Assembly: GCA_033764315.1 (NCBI GenBank)
Contig: JANRJA010000164.1
Span: 1 to 20,793 of the forward strand
Length of the DNA: 20,793 nucleotides
DNA from: Oculatellaceae cyanobacterium bins.114
GTDB taxonomy: Bacteria > Cyanobacteriota > Cyanobacteriia > Elainellales > Elainellaceae
Direction: 5' to 3'
Position 1 is the first letter of the stretch; each line of letters begins with the position of its first letter. The position numbers and the translations under genes were made by a program. Under the pieces are notes generated by a model, which saw only the letters and a program-made list of their open reading frames with translations, was not told where the DNA came from and ran no database searches. Positions 18,230 through 20,793 of the stretch are shown piece by piece.

Positions 18230-18243
18230 AGTACAAATATACT
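18230..18243. promoter_or_regulatory. Putative cyanobacterial LexA box upstream of smc
   Basis: AGTACAAATATACT matches AGTACWNWTGTACT with one mismatch, about 200 bp upstream of the smc start. Confidence 0.45.
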
Positions 18244-18328
18244 AACTTAATTCACAGGTTTACCAGCTTTTCAATCAAAAAATCGATTAACCGGAGATTC
18301 TCAAGCGAGTGAATGGGCAACCTGCAAG

Positions 18329-18362
18329 AGTAATATGCGTCTAGAAGTGATATGCGTCTAGA
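18329..18362 (+). repeat. 17-bp tandem direct repeat (2 copies)
   Basis: AGTAATATGCGTCTAGA followed by AGTGATATGCGTCTAGA, one mismatch. Confidence 0.8.
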
Positions 18363-18724
18363 AACAAAGTTACAGCGATCGCTGCCCTCAAGATAAGGTA
18401 TCTCAAGACTACCCATAGCGTTAAACGTTATCTCACTCCATAAAAATACCCTACCTGTGTAAAAAATCTAACGTCTTTATTGCAATCAGCATTTCCTAAG
18501 CTGCTTTTCGTAACACAATTCTGACTGAAGGGCCACAGAATGTTGCGTTTGATTAATTTCTGTAGAGCTAAATTGGAGATGGGCGATCGCCCCCTAAGTG
18601 CCTGCCAAATCTCTGCAAAACTCTCTGGTGCACCTCTAACTGCCCGTTCAGAAACCAAAATTAAGTGTCATACGACGGTTAATATCTCCATTAACAAGGG
18701 GGTTTTTAACGGCGTTTCCTGACA

Positions 18725-18959
18725 CTATAGCAATCTCCAACGGAGTGCGCTGCTTATAACTCTCCAATCTCATAAATGATTTAGGACTGCTATAGCAATC
18801 CTATTTGAATTGTGAATAGATAAGGGGCCTAAGTGCATTGCCTGTTCACATAAGGTGTCATTTCACAAATGATTTAGAGTGTTCTTATGTAGGGGTGATT
18901 ACCGGGGTTACTCGAGTTCACATAAGGTGTCATTTCACAAATGATTTAGAGCGGCTATA
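18725..18959. mobile_element. Tandem/composite MITE-like elements with TATAGC...GCTATA termini
   Basis: Left ends CTATAGCAATC at 18725 and 18790. Right ends TCATAAATGATTTAGGACTGCTATA (18770-18794) and TTCACAAATGATTTAGAGCGGCTATA (18934-18959). 18791-18816 and 18934-18959 are inverted with 18/26 matches. Confidence 0.65.
18844..18951 (+). repeat. Two identical 36-bp direct repeats separated by a 36-bp spacer
   Basis: GTTCACATAAGGTGTCATTTCACAAATGATTTAGAG at 18844-18879 and 18916-18951. Confidence 0.9.
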
Positions 18960-19404
18960 TAATTTTGTTTCATGGAAAAAAACCTGTTTATGCTGCTATG
19001 GCAATAGAGTAAACTATGCTTAAGGTTTGCATCACTCTTTAACTAAAAAATAGTTTGAAACCTAGAGTATGCAAGAAGTAAGTAGAAATCCCCGATGTAG
19101 GCATAACAATCACTTTCCACTATTTCCTAACTTCTACAACTGAAAGTTGTCATTTTATAAACCGAGAAGACAGTGATTTTAGTTGCAATGTAAAGTATGG
19201 CAAGCTGGTTGACTGACAAAAGGTTTGAAAGGTTGATTGCTTCGTTGCTCACTCGCTCTGAAATTAATTTCTGGGCTACTTGCAGCAGTCCGTTGCAATG
19301 GATTGAAATGCTTCTTTAGTCCTTGAAAGGGGACGTTGACTTTGAGCCAGGAAATTTATTTCCTGGGAGGCAGGGAAATAGATTAGAAAATTTGTCAGTC
19401 AGGT

Positions 19405-20784
19405 ATGGCAAGAATTGTGATAGTTGAGGATGAGCAAGTTGTTGCTTGGAGCCTTCAAGAATCGTTAACCCGATTGGGACACACTGTAGTTGCCAATGTA
19501 ATTTCTGGACTCGATGCAATTCAAGCGGTTAAGACAAGCCAGCCCGATCTGGTGTTAATGGATATCTGGCTGCAAGGCAATATGGACGGAGTGGCAGCGG
19601 CTGAGGAAATTTATACTCGCTACGATGTTCCGGTGATTTATCTAACGGCTCACACAGATACTCTGACCCTGCAACGAGCAAAATTATCAGCCCCCTTTGG
19701 TTATCTGGTTAAGCCACTGCGCGAACAGGATTTGCAAACTACGATTGAGATTACCCTGCATCGCCATCATTTAGAACAGTCTTCAAGACGGACGCAACGG
19801 TGGTTTGCAACAACACTAGCCAGCATTGGAGATGGCACGATCGCCACTGATTGCAATGGCACTATTACCTTCATGAACTCCACAGCAGAAACCCTTACAG
19901 GATGGCAACGGCAAGATGCTTTGGGGCAACCTGCTGCTGCTGTTTTGCAACTGGTTCATGCAGATACTCGTGAGGTGTTAGACAATCCCCTGTTGCTCGC
20001 CATTCAGCAAGGTTCTTTAGTGAAGCTGCCAGAGCGGACGATGTTGCGGAGCCGAGATGGTCGTGAACGCCCGATTGAAGACACGGCAACTCCGATTCGG
20101 GATGAAATGGGTCAAATCATCGGTAGTGTCTTGGTGTTTCAGGATGTGAGCGATCGCGTTCAGATGGAGTCTGTGGTGCAGCGCAATCAGGCGGTGTTGA
20201 CGGCTCAACTACGACAAACTCTGAGCCAGTTTGCAGTAGGGTCTGCTTGTGTCGAAGCTCTGCAACACATTTTTCAACAGTTAGCCAATCAGGTAGATGG
20301 GCAAGTCATTCTTAAAACAACGCTCCAGCAGTTAGGAAAAGCCCTTGACATCGACTATGGTTGGGTTGCTTTACATGATTCGTCACAAGAGATGGTGACT
20401 GTCATTGGTGACTATCGTCAAGATGGGTCAGATTTAGTTGCACTGGATATAGGGACGCAGATTCCGTTGCGAGACTATCCTCAGTTTTACTTGCCCTTGT
20501 CTCAACACCATCATTGGATCGCTCCTTCGCCAGAGATTTTGCCAACCCTTTATAGGAACTTACACGCTTCAAATGGTTATCTGGTGATTTGTCCGATCGC
20601 TGGAGAACATGCCCTGTTGGGTGAGTTGGGGTTAGTCATTCACTCTAAGGTGATGTGGACAGCCACCCAAACCGAACTGGTCGCTCAAGTCATGAGTCAG
20701 GCGGCGATCGCCTCACAGCAATGGCGGGTGCAACCTGAACCCCAAGTCAATGCTGAATTGCAAGTAGGGAACCTCGAAAAATAG
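19405..20784 (+). CDS. Signal transduction protein REC-PAS-GAF with no output domain (possibly truncated)
   Basis: Receiver (IVIVEDE, LVLMDIWL, YLTA, YLVKP), PAS/PAC (SIGDGTIATD...VLVFQDVS) and GAF-like region (ILKTTLQQLGKAL...ICPI...LGEL...W..AQAAIA-like helix). Confidence 0.85.
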   Translation: MARIVIVEDEQVVAWSLQESLTRLGHTVVANVISGLDAIQAVKTSQPDLVLMDIWLQGNMDGVAAAEEIYTRYDVPVIYLTAHTDTLTLQRAKLSAPFGYLVKPLREQDLQTTIEITLHRHHLEQSSRRTQRWFATTLASIGDGTIATDCNGTITFMNSTAETLTGWQRQDALGQPAAAVLQLVHADTREVLDNPLLLAIQQGSLVKLPERTMLRSRDGRERPIEDTATPIRDEMGQIIGSVLVFQDVSDRVQMESVVQRNQAVLTAQLRQTLSQFAVGSACVEALQHIFQQLANQVDGQVILKTTLQQLGKALDIDYGWVALHDSSQEMVTVIGDYRQDGSDLVALDIGTQIPLRDYPQFYLPLSQHHHWIAPSPEILPTLYRNLHASNGYLVICPIAGEHALLGELGLVIHSKVMWTATQTELVAQVMSQAAIASQQWRVQPEPQVNAELQVGNLEK

Positions 20785-20793
20785 ATCAAGCAG

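Larger units (their letters stand above)
426..20710. repeat. HIP1 octamer GCGATCGC dispersed through the window
   Basis: About 41 copies by manual count (about 2 per kb), for example at 426, 842, 4681, 9001 and 20703; characteristic of cyanobacteria. Confidence 0.92.

Noticed and set aside
18398..18412. Possible NtcA site GTA...TAC
   Set aside because: The spacing is N9 (GTA-TCTCAAGAC-TAC), not the required N8.
18844..18951. Calling a bona fide CRISPR array
   Set aside because: Only two repeats, no cas genes in the window, no typical repeat hairpin or terminus, and the repeat overlaps a MITE-like terminal inverted repeat. Kept as a repeat and a finding only.
18428..19023. Short ORFs in the large intergenic region (76, 60 and 61 aa)
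   Set aside because: No recognisable motifs. The first two overlap each other on opposite strands, and the 61-aa ORF is a translation of the duplicated 36-bp repeat (VHIRCHFTNDLE twice).

Overview
This window looks like ordinary chromosomal DNA from a cyanobacterium: about 41 HIP1 octamers (GCGATCGC) by manual count, plus heptamer tandem repeats and MITE-like small inverted repeats. Gene order: dihydroorotase-like protein with altered metal ligands (-), two-domain histidine phosphatase (-), CPBP/CAAX intramembrane protease (+), Cache-HAMP-4xPAS hybrid histidine kinase (+), short response regulator (+), glycosyltransferase (+), YjbQ (+), MSMEG_0565-family glycosyltransferase (-), PRC-barrel protein (-), smc (-), a 1.4 kb AT-rich intergenic region, and a REC-PAS-GAF protein (+). 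I saw no rRNA, tRNA, transposase, cas or phage genes and cannot support a new multi-gene system. The most interesting details are small-scale: (1) an SD-led ATG leader in frame with the orphan Nit1C-type glycosyltransferase, interrupted by a UGA inside a palindromic hairpin; (2) a 36-36-36 repeat-spacer-repeat nested in tandem MITE-like elements; (3) a probable CTG start codon; (4) a probably inactive PyrC'; (5) a LexA-like box upstream of smc; (6) a possible frameshift truncation of the last gene.
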